Shown here one piece after another: positions 1 to 9,509 of a DNA stretch of 41,641 nucleotides (position 1 is its first letter; each line of letters starts with the position of its first letter). The position numbers were made by a program, and so were the translations under genes. The notes below the pieces were generated by a model. The model was not told where the DNA came from, did no database searches, and saw only the letters and a program-made list of their open reading frames with translations. The stretch comes from a virus (Duplodnaviria; Caudoviricetes). The DNA is taken from positions 1 through 41,641 of IMG/VR virus record IMGVR_UViG_3300037692_000167; one strand, 5' to 3'.

Positions 1-127
1 GAAACGCGTACTCGTTCGAGTCGAGTTTCTCACGCACCTTCTTCTGCATGCCCGGATCCGGCGAGAAGATATTCACCCCTTCACGCATCCACTTCTCCGC
101 GACGATGTTCGGGATCTCGGCGAGCTT
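1..127. repeat. Terminal direct repeat (identical to 41515-41641); circular-contig overlap
   Basis: First 127 nt recur exactly at the end; 127 is a common assembler k-mer; an ORF reads through the junction. Confidence 0.95.
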
Positions 128-406
128 GCGCAGCTTTTGTTTTCCTGCGTACGGCCGCCAGGTCGGTGCGCAATGCATCGCACGCTTGTTTTCATCCAGA
201 TACGGCGTGCAGTCCTGCGAACGATGCACGACCAGCTCACCGTTCTTGCAGGTGATCTTCGTCTTCATGTCGTCCACGAACTGCGAACGCATGCGCTTCG
301 CTTCGGCGAGCGATGTGGTCGTATCGATTACGCGAGCATGCCGAGAGAATCTCTCAGGGACGCCCTCGTTGAGGTATTCCTCAGGAAATTCGTTCTCGTC
401 GATCAT
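1..406 (-). CDS. Head-module hypothetical protein spanning the circular junction (ATG 406, continues 41514 to stop at 41468; ~150 aa)
   Basis: Manual translation MIDENEFPEEYL...QDCTPYLDENK...AEIPNIVAEKWMREGVNIF...LDSNEYAFLRTFPGRMGVRTQWL is open across the join; its stop overlaps the adaptor start; absent from the ORF track. Confidence 0.8.
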   Translation of the reverse strand, partial: MIDENEFPEEYLNEGVPERFSRHARVIDTTTSLAEAKRMRSQFVDDMKTKITCKNGELVVHRSQDCTPYLDENKRAMHCAPTWRPYAGKQKLRKLAEIPNIVAEKWMREGVNIFSPDPGMQKKVREKLDSNEYAF

Positions 407-421
407 CCGCGCGCCTTCATT

Positions 422-724
422 TCACCGGGTCATCTCGGCCACGCAGAAAAGGCTCGCCCCGGTGTCTTGCAGAACCGCGACACGCTGGCCCGGGGTCACG
501 TGGAAATACTCCACGACGTTGGCCGGCAGGGGGATGCTGTTATTATCGGTTGCCGCGGCCGTTGGATTGGCGCCGATGTTGATATAGCAGAAATTCGTGC
601 CAATACACACGACGCGAATTTCGCTCGTGTTGGCCCCGAACACGGCTGACTGCTGGGATGTCCCGCTCGTCGTGATGTAGTCGGAGACCCCCGCCCATCT
701 CAGGGTGCTGTCGAATGTACGCAT
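422..724 (-). CDS. Putative small virion (capsid decoration/fibre-like) beta protein
   Basis: Beta-rich 100 aa, second gene after the major capsid gene, tightly coupled. Confidence 0.55.
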   Translation of the reverse strand: MRTFDSTLRWAGVSDYITTSGTSQQSAVFGANTSEIRVVCIGTNFCYINIGANPTAAATDNNSIPLPANVVEYFHVTPGQRVAVLQDTGASLFCVAEMTR

Positions 725-725
725 G

Positions 726-1067
726 TCACGGGCTCAGCGTGACGGAGATGGTGGCGAGCGTCGTGCCGGTGCTCGCGCCATCGTTGATGACTTCCACGTT
801 GCTTCCGGCCTTCACGGCCAGGAAGAAATTCTTCGTGAGCAGTGTGCCCTCGGCGGAGCCGGCGTTGGCAATGGTGCCCACGGCGACCGCGGTTGCGCCA
901 TCGATGGAGACGGTGATGACTTCGTCCGCGCTCGTGATAGCCCCGTGAAGCATGACCTGCACCCGGCGCAGGTAGCCTGCCTGGCGGGCAATGAAACGGG
1001 TGGCATTGGCGGTACCGATGTCGGCGATCTGCTCGGACATCTGGTACCAGCTGACTGGATCGGGCAT
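726..1067 (-). CDS. Putative capsid cement/decoration protein
   Basis: Immediately follows the major capsid gene; GAGGAG RBS; Ala/Thr/Gly-rich beta composition. Confidence 0.55.
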   Translation of the reverse strand: MPDPVSWYQMSEQIADIGTANATRFIARQAGYLRRVQVMLHGAITSADEVITVSIDGATAVAVGTIANAGSAEGTLLTKNFFLAVKAGSNVEVINDGASTGTTLATISVTLSP

Positions 1068-1089
1068 GTGATTCTCCTCGTATGAGGGG

Positions 1090-1109
1090 AGGGCTGGTTA
1101 CCCAGCCCC
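1090..1109 (-). promoter_or_regulatory. GNRA-tetraloop hairpin just after the major capsid stop (mRNA stability or attenuation)
   Basis: GGGGCTGG-GTAA-CCAGCCCT on the minus strand; no U-tract. Confidence 0.45.
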
Positions 1110-1115
1110 GCCCGA

Positions 1116-2072
1116 TCAGGATGTCGTCAGATCGCGGATGATGAAATGGGCGTCCGGATTGTTCATCTCCAGCGTCCACTCCGTCTCGATCTGCTTGCGG
1201 AACGAGCTGCCCGTGATCGCAAGGTCCCACGACTCCATGGCCCGCAGGTTCGCGATGCTCATGTGCTCCGTGTCGATGCCAACCGCGTTTCGGGAGACAC
1301 TGAAGCGATCCGCCACCACCTTCAGCGTATTGAAGTCGTCTTCGTACACGCCGATGGAGTTGATGATCTTCTTGTCCTTGGAGTCCATGTTGCGGTTGGT
1401 GTTGCCCGCGAACCCCGACGCCACACGCTTGTTGAAGCTACCCAGGATGAGCAGCGTCGGCTTGCCGCCGTCGATGTAGGACAACTCGCTGCCTTCGAGC
1501 AGCAGCGCCTCGGTGAATGCCCGCTGCGTGCCGTTGGTCGCCGTGTCCGACCCGTCTCCGGTCGGATTGGCGCCGGCCACGCTTGCGGCATTGACGATCC
1601 ATGTCGGAATGCCGCCGAACTTGCGCGCGGTGGTGTCGTTGCCAGCCACCTTCGCGGTGTTGGCGTGGATCATCACTTCCTGATCGCGCTTGATCTCGGC
1701 CATCTTGTAGCCGACTTCTTCCGCGAGCGCGTCCATCATGCCGACCTTGTCGACGGCCTGCTGGGTGCGCGTGACGCCTGCGACCTTGTTGGAGATGGCC
1801 GTGCGGTTGTTGAGGCGCGTCTTGGCGGTGGCCGCATCGATCGTGGCGTCGTCGCCTTCGATCTTCTCGTTCGCCGCGGCGCTCGCGAGCGCGTGCGTCG
1901 TCCACTCGTGAAGGACGGCCTTGGCCTTCGTCTTCGGCAGCGCCGTTAAGGTCGGCGTATCAGTGGGAGAGATGTCATCGACGAGGTCCGACAGGTCCTC
2001 GCGATTACCCTTGCCTACCCCGGACGTACCGGATGCGTCGTAGACGCTGTAGACGCTTGCTGGCTGTGTCAT
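1116..2072 (-). CDS. Major capsid protein (SU10/DUF5309-like, HK97 fold)
   Basis: NREDLSDLV..ISPTDTP and KRDQE motifs; 318 aa; follows the scaffold gene. Confidence 0.9.
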   Translation of the reverse strand: MTQPASVYSVYDASGTSGVGKGNREDLSDLVDDISPTDTPTLTALPKTKAKAVLHEWTTHALASAAANEKIEGDDATIDAATAKTRLNNRTAISNKVAGVTRTQQAVDKVGMMDALAEEVGYKMAEIKRDQEVMIHANTAKVAGNDTTARKFGGIPTWIVNAASVAGANPTGDGSDTATNGTQRAFTEALLLEGSELSYIDGGKPTLLILGSFNKRVASGFAGNTNRNMDSKDKKIINSIGVYEDDFNTLKVVADRFSVSRNAVGIDTEHMSIANLRAMESWDLAITGSSFRKQIETEWTLEMNNPDAHFIIRDLTTS

Positions 2073-2102
2073 GTTGCATGGCTCTGCAACCCCGAGAGTG
2101 AA

Positions 2103-3251
2103 TTACCGTCCGCCGAAAAGCCTGCGCTTTATGGGGCTAACCGCATCGCGTACTGAACCCGTCCGCTTGAGCTTCGCACGATCGGCTTGATCGGCGACAG
2201 CGTCTTTAGCGGCTCGGGATTGCATGGAACCGGGCTTCAGGAGCTTCGGTGCGGCCTTGACCTTGTTGAGCAGGGCGGGCTTGCTTTTCTGGAGCTTTCG
2301 CCACGCCACCGCATCACGTACCACCAGAAGCTGTCGGTGATCCACAATCGACGCGAACTCTTCACGCGAGATGCCGTAGTCCTTCAGGACTTCAATCATC
2401 TCATCTTCATCCTTGTCGCGCCTCGCCTTGTCAGACCATTCGGGAACCTTCGCTTGCAGGAGCCTGAAGTTTTCTTCCAGGAACTCTCTGGCTTTCGCCT
2501 TCTGTTCCTCGGCGTACCTCTGCTTTTCCTGCCCGATAGCGTTCGCGATGTCCTGCATTACGGCGTGGCGCTGCTGATAGGCCATAGCCTGCGCGTTGAA
2601 TGAGACTGGATCTTCGTTTTGCAGCTTCTGCCAATCCACAGCCGAGAACTCCCCCTCCAGCGCACGAGTCAGGGTTTGCAACCCCGCGTCGAGCTTCAGA
2701 AGGCGTTCATTGGCCGCGCGCTCTACCTCCACTTTCTTCGACTCGAACGTTTTGCGGTCCGTGTCGAGCGTGGCGAGCTTCTGATTGATGTGGCCGTCGA
2801 GTTGGTAGCTCTTCACAAGATCTCGAAGCCGCGCCGTACCCTCTTTGCCGTCGATCTTCACGGGTAACTGCAAGTCCATGAGTCGATCGGACTCAAGACC
2901 CGCCGCATCCGCTAATTCGGTCAGCGATGAAAGTTTCGCGGGATCGAAGGGAGCATCGTCTTCTACGGTTCCATCGGGAGTCTCTGATTCATCCGGGTCC
3001 GTCACAACATCGGGAGCGTCATCGCCCTCGACCTGTTCATTGGGTGCCGGAGTTTCAGAGACGGGCTTCTTCGGTGGAGCAACTCCACCAGAAGGCGCCT
3101 TTGAGTCATCCGGAGCTTCGCTGCTTCCCGCGCCATCGGCGGATTGCGCAGGTTCCGAATGACTCAAACGAGCCTTCAATCGATCGTGAATCGTCACGGG
3201 CGCCGGGGGTGCGGCGCCGTTGGTTGCGGGGGCTTGTGCGGCTTCGGGCAT
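2103..3251 (-). CDS. Capsid scaffolding protein (probable start MPEAAQ at 3251)
   Basis: Acidic disordered N-terminus, VKIDGKEG..L.DLVKSYQ motif, coiled coil, VDWQKL..EDP, DHRQLL; lies between portal and capsid genes; TGATG overlap. Confidence 0.8.
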   Translation of the reverse strand: MPEAAQAPATNGAAPPAPVTIHDRLKARLSHSEPAQSADGAGSSEAPDDSKAPSGGVAPPKKPVSETPAPNEQVEGDDAPDVVTDPDESETPDGTVEDDAPFDPAKLSSLTELADAAGLESDRLMDLQLPVKIDGKEGTARLRDLVKSYQLDGHINQKLATLDTDRKTFESKKVEVERAANERLLKLDAGLQTLTRALEGEFSAVDWQKLQNEDPVSFNAQAMAYQQRHAVMQDIANAIGQEKQRYAEEQKAKAREFLEENFRLLQAKVPEWSDKARRDKDEDEMIEVLKDYGISREEFASIVDHRQLLVVRDAVAWRKLQKSKPALLNKVKAAPKLLKPGSMQSRAAKDAVADQADRAKLKRTGSVRDAVSPIKRRLFGGR

Positions 3252-4054
3252 CAGGTATCCATCGCCACGTACACGTAATCGACGTCCATCGTCATTGAGG
3301 CGGCCGTGGCTGTCTTGCTGACGTTGATCGTGGGCGTGAGGTCTGTTGCAGCCGTGATGGCGTCCGTCATCGTCGTGCCGACCGCCGTGCCGTTGTAGTA
3401 GAACGTCGCCACCCCGTCCGTATCCACTTCGATGCGAAACTTCGCATAGGTGTCCGCAACCGGTGCAAAGGTCGTGTCCTGATGGGTCGCGTCGGTATCC
3501 GCCTTGACCCCGACGAGCCACCACTTGTCGTCCGTCATTCTCGTGTCGAACATGAAGCCGACTGCATTGCTGGCATTGCTCGTCAACGTGTTGGCGCTGC
3601 CGGCCGATTCAATCGGCGCCTCCAGACTCGCCGCGAGGTCGGTGAAGCCGATGAACACGTAACACACCGTAATCGCCGAGAGCTTGGCTTTCACCTCCAT
3701 TACGAGGTTGCCGTTGCTCGCCTGCCACTGAAGGCCGGTCGTCAACTGCTCCATGTCGGCCGCAAGACCAGTTCCAGCATCTCCGGTCGTGATCCGAAGC
3801 ACACCACCGATACCGCCGGCGAGGATCGCTGCCGCGCCAGTCGCTGAATCCGTGCCTTCCTGCAGATCCCACTCGTCCGCGATCAGATCCCCCAGGAAGT
3901 GATCGAAGAACACCGCGCGCTCGGGACTGTTCACGCTGAACTGCGCGCCCACGTCGCCCAACTCGAGCACGCCACTCTTCACGAGCAGCTCGTGAGCCGG
4001 CCCTGCGGCGAACTGATTTGGCAGAGATTGCACGGATGCAGTGAAGATGGTCAT
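3251..4054 (-). CDS. Concanavalin A/LamG-like beta-sandwich protein, putative virion protein
   Basis: FFDHF N-terminus, FRIEVD..GVATFYYNG and MDVDYVYV C-terminus, typical of lectin/glucanase-like folds. Confidence 0.55.
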   Translation of the reverse strand: MTIFTASVQSLPNQFAAGPAHELLVKSGVLELGDVGAQFSVNSPERAVFFDHFLGDLIADEWDLQEGTDSATGAAAILAGGIGGVLRITTGDAGTGLAADMEQLTTGLQWQASNGNLVMEVKAKLSAITVCYVFIGFTDLAASLEAPIESAGSANTLTSNASNAVGFMFDTRMTDDKWWLVGVKADTDATHQDTTFAPVADTYAKFRIEVDTDGVATFYYNGTAVGTTMTDAITAATDLTPTINVSKTATAASMTMDVDYVYVAMDT

Positions 4055-4425
4055 CAGTCGATCCTCCGTCCGCGCAGGTTGATTTCACCCGAAGCCGCCA
4101 TCCCATCCTGAATCCGGTTCCACAAATGGCGTGAAATGGCGCGATTCGTCTGCAAGGCAAGGATCAGGCGGGTGTGTGATTCCACGTCGTTCAGTTTGAC
4201 GGCAAACATCTGCGCGAGTAAATCTGCCTCAATTGACACTTGGGCCTCATTGAGCAGACTGTTCTGCAGCAGCTCCTGTGCGGCCTGTGCCCGCCGAATC
4301 CTTTCCTCCGGCGACTTCGGCCCCGATGCCGGGCTTGGCGAGGTCCACCGCGGCACCCACTTCGAGCTCGGTGATCCATTGATCGCGTCTCGCAGCGCGG
4401 TCTTCACGTTTGTCAGCCAAGTCAA
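4054..4425 (-). CDS. Small portal-adjacent protein, overlapping the portal 3' end
   Basis: EERIRRAQAAQELLQNSLL helical motif; TTG start with AGGAG SD; stop coupled to next ATG. Confidence 0.65.
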   Translation of the reverse strand: MTWLTNVKTALRDAINGSPSSKWVPRWTSPSPASGPKSPEERIRRAQAAQELLQNSLLNEAQVSIEADLLAQMFAVKLNDVESHTRLILALQTNRAISRHLWNRIQDGMAASGEINLRGRRID

Positions 4426-6271
4426 TGACCTTCTCCTGTCCGCGCGCCTGAATGTCGGCGGTCTTTACCTGTGCATCGATCTTCTTGCCTTCCACGTACG
4501 GATCAGCGGGCGGAGTCTGTTCGGACTTCCACTTCGCGTACTCTGGGCTCTCCGGATCAGTGAAGAAATCCTCGTTCTCCAACCCCAGCTCGGTCTGCAT
4601 GCGCTTGGCAAGTGCGTAGACGTTTCGAGGCTGGACGATGCCGGGAACCATAGCCGCCTTCTCCTGCGCTTGCGCCATGAGCCCCAGATTCGCACGCACC
4701 TCCTGAGCCCCAGCATTACCCAAGCCCACAGCCACAGTGAGGTGTTCACGCTGCTGCCATTCGGTTGGCGGGATCTTCTGCTCTACCCATTTGTTGCGCA
4801 GCCGGAATTTCTCGGCCCAATCCTGATTCTCCACCAGCAGTTTGTGCAGGGACTTGTAGAGGTCCGCCATGCCCGTCTCCGCAAAGATGCGGGCGATGGC
4901 CTCGATGCGCTGGTTTGCCGCTCCCACGGCCTGCATGTAGGCGCCCTTGGTGCTCTGAGCGAGAACGTCCGCATCCGCACCGGTCTGCATGGCACTCGAA
5001 CCCGTACGCTTGTCCCGCACGTCATCGAAGTAGTTGATGATCGGCAGCAAGCGGTCAGCAATGGGCTGGTATATGACCGGCGCTACTGCGCCTGCGGCTG
5101 GTCCGTTGTTGGCAATGTGAGCGCCAGGCCGATTGATCTGCAGGGTGGCGAGGTCAACGGTGTTGGAGTCGTACACCAGTCGAGGCGCATTCGTGAAGTA
5201 GACGTTGTCGAGCAACCCTCTCTTCAACGCCGTGTGAATGCGCTGCAGGTCTTCCATGATGTCGTACATGGAAAGCCCGATGTGACGGAACGGCACCGGG
5301 ATCGGCGTGGCCGAACACCACTGGATCTCTTCGGCTTCCTCGTCTTCGAGCACCTCATTCCCGGAGAGCAGCATGCAGCGTAGTTCCGCAACACCGTCAT
5401 CGTCCTCGTCGAGGTACGTATAGGCTTCCAGAAGCTTGATGTTCTCGCTTGGCCAGTCCGCATCCGCGTCACTGTCCTGCGTGGACTCGCTCACTGAGTC
5501 GCGTGCGATCTTTTCCGAGAGCGACAGGCTCCAGTTGTAGTCCGTGAGCTTCTTCACCCGCTCTTTGTCGTACCCCATCTCAATGAGGTCGGAGCGCGTG
5601 AGGTCTGTGCGTAAATGGCCCACGAACTTCGCCGTCTTGATGCTGCCCTTGCAGTCGGCTGAGACAATCACTTCTTCAGGTGGCGCTCCATCGACCTTCG
5701 CGCAGCCATATTCGGTGGTGAGCTTGAGCTTGATGCTCCAGGTGCCGTTGTCGTCCTGCTCCTGCTCGACGACATCCACCTCGCCGTGCTCTTCGAGGTC
5801 CTGCATCAGCAGCGTGAGCCCCTCGTCCGTCAACCCGGTGTAGCGGCGGAAGCTGACCTTTTCCGTATCCTCCCACCAGTATTTTACGTACCCGACCTTC
5901 TGCAGCAGGAACGTCTTGATCCACTCGTAAAGGAGCATGAAGCCGGCGTTCTTCTTCCACAAAACGTGACGGACGTAGCCGGTCTCTTCCTTGGCGAGTT
6001 GCTCATCCTCAGGCCCCACCGGATCGAACTGCACCGCCTCCATCGTGCAGAAGATGCGCATGAGGCTCGGCATGATCCACTCGACCGTGTCCATCAGGTC
6101 CTTGCTCACGACCTGGGCGCGGCCCTCCTGCTCGTTGCCCATCGGGCGGCCGAAATAGAAGTTCATCGCCTGCTCGCGATCGTTCGAAAGCTCACTGCCC
6201 TGCTTGGTGAGCGCGGCCCGCAGGCGCGAGTCGAGGATCGCGCGCACTTCGCTTTCGAGCATCTTGCTCAT
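4247..6271 (-). CDS. Portal protein (P22-like)
   Basis: 674 aa; YFGRPMGNEQEGRAQVVSKDLMDTVEWIMPSLMRIF motif; located after TerL. Confidence 0.92.
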   Translation of the reverse strand: MSKMLESEVRAILDSRLRAALTKQGSELSNDREQAMNFYFGRPMGNEQEGRAQVVSKDLMDTVEWIMPSLMRIFCTMEAVQFDPVGPEDEQLAKEETGYVRHVLWKKNAGFMLLYEWIKTFLLQKVGYVKYWWEDTEKVSFRRYTGLTDEGLTLLMQDLEEHGEVDVVEQEQDDNGTWSIKLKLTTEYGCAKVDGAPPEEVIVSADCKGSIKTAKFVGHLRTDLTRSDLIEMGYDKERVKKLTDYNWSLSLSEKIARDSVSESTQDSDADADWPSENIKLLEAYTYLDEDDDGVAELRCMLLSGNEVLEDEEAEEIQWCSATPIPVPFRHIGLSMYDIMEDLQRIHTALKRGLLDNVYFTNAPRLVYDSNTVDLATLQINRPGAHIANNGPAAGAVAPVIYQPIADRLLPIINYFDDVRDKRTGSSAMQTGADADVLAQSTKGAYMQAVGAANQRIEAIARIFAETGMADLYKSLHKLLVENQDWAEKFRLRNKWVEQKIPPTEWQQREHLTVAVGLGNAGAQEVRANLGLMAQAQEKAAMVPGIVQPRNVYALAKRMQTELGLENEDFFTDPESPEYAKWKSEQTPPADPYVEGKKIDAQVKTADIQARGQEKVIDLADKREDRAARRDQWITELEVGAAVDLAKPGIGAEVAGGKDSAGTGRTGAAAEQSAQ

Positions 6272-6477
6272 CTGCGCCCCAGCACGCCACGCACAGCGGC
6301 GACGATCTTTTCAGAAGACACAGTTCCACGGGCGGTGCTATTTGAAGCCGCCGCTGCATCTGAGATAAGCAAGTCAACGAGGCGGCTGACCTCCTTGCTT
6401 AAGTCACCCACAACGCACTCCAGCCTCGTAACACGCAGCTCGAGTTCCACCACGCGCTGTCGTTCCTGCATGCTCAT
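6268..6477 (-). CDS. Hypothetical coiled-coil protein
   Basis: ATGA-coupled on both sides. Confidence 0.6.
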   Translation of the reverse strand: MSMQERQRVVELELRVTRLECVVGDLSKEVSRLVDLLISDAAAASNSTARGTVSSEKIVAAVRGVLGRR

Positions 6478-6938
6478 CGGCCCCTCCTCGCCCACTTCTC
6501 GGCCGTTCTATCGCGCAGGTCGGCCAGTTCATTCCTGAATTCCACCGGATCGATAGGCTTCTCGCGCATCCCCACGCCTCGGCCGGCATCCGTCTCGGCG
6601 AGGACAGGCGAAGCGACGATGCCGTTCGCGTCGATCTCGCGGCGGGCAGGTTTCTGGGACGAGACCGGCGGTGGAGCGGGACGAGCGGGCTCTTTCGCCA
6701 CGCCCAGGCGCGACTCAAGCTGCGAAAGACGCGCACGAAGCTGACCTATCTCCCCTTCTGCGTCCCGGCGCTGCGCGGCCATACGCTGCGTAAAATCTGC
6801 GAGCATCAATTCGTAATGCTCTTCCACGTCGTTGAATGCGGTCCACTCGTCGTCCGTGATCTCGATGGCTTCCTCGCCCTCCTCTGCTGCACACACGACG
6901 GTCTGCATGGATGAATCACTGCGGACGCTGATCTTCAT
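6474..6938 (-). CDS. Hypothetical protein between TerL and portal
   Basis: ATGA overlap with the TerL stop; coiled-coil segment. Confidence 0.65.
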   Translation of the reverse strand: MKISVRSDSSMQTVVCAAEEGEEAIEITDDEWTAFNDVEEHYELMLADFTQRMAAQRRDAEGEIGQLRARLSQLESRLGVAKEPARPAPPPVSSQKPARREIDANGIVASPVLAETDAGRGVGMREKPIDPVEFRNELADLRDRTAEKWARRGR

Positions 6939-8329
6939 GCGCACACCTGTTCGTAGACGGCCGGCGTTGGCGTCCTGCGCTGCTCGCGCGATCGCACCGC
7001 CCCACCGAACACCTTCACGCCCACGTACTGGAGCGCATCGTGCGGGTGGCTGTACTCGTTCTTGTCGGCGTGCTCCTGAAAGCGCTCACCAGCCCCTGCA
7101 ACCTGCAGCCGGCGATACTGATATCGGCCCTGAAACCCGCGCCTGAGCATCTTGCAGCGGCGGTGCAATTGCAGTTGAGGCTTGCCGCGGCTGAGCGTGT
7201 TGAGCGGCTTACGCACGCTCTCCCATCGGATGGTGGGGTTCTGCTCGCTCGCCATGATCGCGATGCCCTTGCCGCGCAGGATGTCGAAGCAGGTCTTCTC
7301 GTCCTTGTCCGCGGTCATGGCCGAACGCTGGTTGCCGGCTGGGTCGCCGTAGTCCTCGAATGTGAAGCCGCTGTATTTCTGGGCCTGATGCAGCAGCACG
7401 GAGTCAGCAAAGGAGTCGATGCCCAGATCGTCCGCCACAAGCTCATCGAAAATGTTCCATCTTCCGTCAGGATGTACCTGGGTGAAGACGCAGGCTGGCG
7501 TAAGTCCAAAGTCCCATCCGCGCTGTACGACCACCCCAGCAACTGGCTCAATGTCTGCGCAGTGCAGGCTGTCGATGTACTCGGGATAGACAGGCTTGCC
7601 GTCTTTGACGTAACCGTACTCTCCATCGACGTACACCTTCACGAAGTCGGGGTCGGCCCCAATCATCATGTTTTCGTAATAGTTGGGCGGCAGATACGGC
7701 TTGTTCTCTGCGTCCTTTCCACGACCCGAGGGCTGCTTGAAAACCTCAGCGTTGCTGAGCTTCTGGTCCTCGAAGATGCGGTACCACCAGCTCTCATCGT
7801 CCGGCGGGTTCGTGTCCATGATGATGCCGGGATCAACACATCCACCGCTCGTGACCTTCGGATAGCGGCCCACGCGGCCCTGCAGCGCCTTCACGATCGC
7901 CCAGGGAACCTCGCGAGCCTCGTTGATCCAGGCGCCTGTTAACTCAAGCGACAGAAGCTTCGCGACGTGTTCGGGACGATCCAGCGCGCGAAACAGAATC
8001 TCGATCTCCAAATCCGGTGCGAGTTTGTCGATGATGTAGTTGTGATCGGACTTGATGAACGTACCGAAGCTCGGATACGGCAACCATTCGAAGAACGTCC
8101 GCATCGTCGTGTCGGCGAGCTCGCCGTAGGTATTGCGGATCACGGCGAACCGCGAGCGTCGCTTGCCTTCGAACAGATTCTGCCGTGCGCCCCACTTCGG
8201 AATCTCGATCACACAGCCGCTCGACTTGCCCGAACCAAACGGCCCCATGAGCCCACGCATGAAGCTGCGTGACCGGCTCATGCGCTTGATGGTGGGGACG
8301 GCCTTGTAGCTATAGTGGATGTCAGCCAT
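6935..8329 (-). CDS. terL: Terminase large subunit
   Basis: Walker A GPFGSGKS, Walker B WINEARE, DTNPP coupling motif, RNase H-like GWDFG and HPHDALQY. Confidence 0.95.
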   Translation of the reverse strand: MADIHYSYKAVPTIKRMSRSRSFMRGLMGPFGSGKSSGCVIEIPKWGARQNLFEGKRRSRFAVIRNTYGELADTTMRTFFEWLPYPSFGTFIKSDHNYIIDKLAPDLEIEILFRALDRPEHVAKLLSLELTGAWINEAREVPWAIVKALQGRVGRYPKVTSGGCVDPGIIMDTNPPDDESWWYRIFEDQKLSNAEVFKQPSGRGKDAENKPYLPPNYYENMMIGADPDFVKVYVDGEYGYVKDGKPVYPEYIDSLHCADIEPVAGVVVQRGWDFGLTPACVFTQVHPDGRWNIFDELVADDLGIDSFADSVLLHQAQKYSGFTFEDYGDPAGNQRSAMTADKDEKTCFDILRGKGIAIMASEQNPTIRWESVRKPLNTLSRGKPQLQLHRRCKMLRRGFQGRYQYRRLQVAGAGERFQEHADKNEYSHPHDALQYVGVKVFGGAVRSREQRRTPTPAVYEQVCA

Positions 8330-8750
8330 CGATCAACAGCCGTGAAAACTCAACCTTCCCGGAAAGCTCAGTGTCGGACTTGTCCCGCCACTTCTCAGGT
8401 TGACGATTACGCAGCCAAAGCGATGCGGCCTGAGTGTCGGGCGGGTAGTGCTCGATGTACTTCGCATACACCGGCTCTGTGGCGCCTGCGGGCATGAAAA
8501 TCTTCACGGCCTCGTGGCTGTATCCAAGCGCACGTTCGCGCAACTTCTCTGCCACTTCCGCGTCGGCCTGTATCTTCCCCCGCGTGGTGGCCTCCAGAAA
8601 TTCCGGGTGCTCGTTGCGCCAATTGAAAATCGTTGCGACGACAACACCAAAAAAATCAGCGACTTCCTCGTCCGTGGCCTTCAGCAGATAGAGTTTGTAT
8701 GCCTGCTCGCAAAGCTCTGGCTCGTACTTGCTGGGGCGTCCGGCTGGCAT
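8322..8750 (-). CDS. terS: Terminase small subunit
   Basis: GRPSKY HTH N-terminus, WRNEHPEF, PPDTQAASLWLRNRQPEKWRDK; directly upstream of TerL. Confidence 0.9.
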   Translation of the reverse strand: MPAGRPSKYEPELCEQAYKLYLLKATDEEVADFFGVVVATIFNWRNEHPEFLEATTRGKIQADAEVAEKLRERALGYSHEAVKIFMPAGATEPVYAKYIEHYPPDTQAASLWLRNRQPEKWRDKSDTELSGKVEFSRLLIDG

Positions 8751-8905
8751 CGGGACCTATACCGTCCAGTTCCCGAACGAGGTCCGCACGATCATGACGC
8801 TCGTCTTGCGCCGCTTACGGCGCCCCAGTTTCCAGCGCCTGGAAAAGCATCTGGCGCAACGTTTTGCGAGGCGCGACTTCGGGCTGCCACAGGCACAGAC
8901 ATAGG

Positions 8906-9463
8906 TCAGCCGCAGCGAGCCCAGAGGACGGGCGGCAATTTGGCCGGTGCGCTGTACAGGTCGGCGCTCTTTCGCTCGATCTGTCGGTAGGCGACCGTCC
9001 CGACTATTGCGCTCGTTGGCAGGCATGGCGTGCCCTCCGGCACTACACCGACCGACACCATGCGCAAGTTTCCATCGGCGGCGGTACCGCGCATCTCGTA
9101 GGCCAGTAGCGTCACAACGACGGTGTTCGTGGGCGGTCCGGGCGTCGCGGGTGTAACGAGGATGCTCGCCAAGGGACTCATCGGGCCTTCCAGGCCCATA
9201 GCGGTCGCGGTGACCTGATATTCCTGCACGCCGACAGCGACCGCTGACCGCGTAAAGGCGCAGGACGTGGCGCCAGTGACGAGCTTCGTACGGGCCTGGC
9301 CTTGGAGGCCGCCGTAGAGACTGAACGTCAATGGGCCTTGTGCGGCGGTGATAGGCGTGCCGTCCGTGTTGATGACGGGCGGCGTGCACGTGATTTTGAG
9401 ATCGACGGCTTGTGCCAGCGGAGCGAGGAACAGCAGGCACAGGAATGCGAGCACATGTTTCAT
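8906..9463 (-). CDS. Secreted fibronectin type III-like protein
   Basis: Signal peptide MKHVLAFLCLLFLAPLAQA; TPPVINTDGTP...YQVTA...EGPMS Fn3-like pattern; four Cys in the mature part. Confidence 0.6.
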   Translation of the reverse strand: MKHVLAFLCLLFLAPLAQAVDLKITCTPPVINTDGTPITAAQGPLTFSLYGGLQGQARTKLVTGATSCAFTRSAVAVGVQEYQVTATAMGLEGPMSPLASILVTPATPGPPTNTVVVTLLAYEMRGTAADGNLRMVSVGVVPEGTPCLPTSAIVGTVAYRQIERKSADLYSAPAKLPPVLWARCG

Positions 9464-9509
9464 CGCCCCAGCTTCGCCGATGTGTCGGTTATCGCATAGA
9501 TGGCAGAGT

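Noticed and set aside
1090-1118. Capsid stop read-through stimulated by the hairpin
   Set aside because: An in-frame TAA follows after five codons and no slippery site is evident
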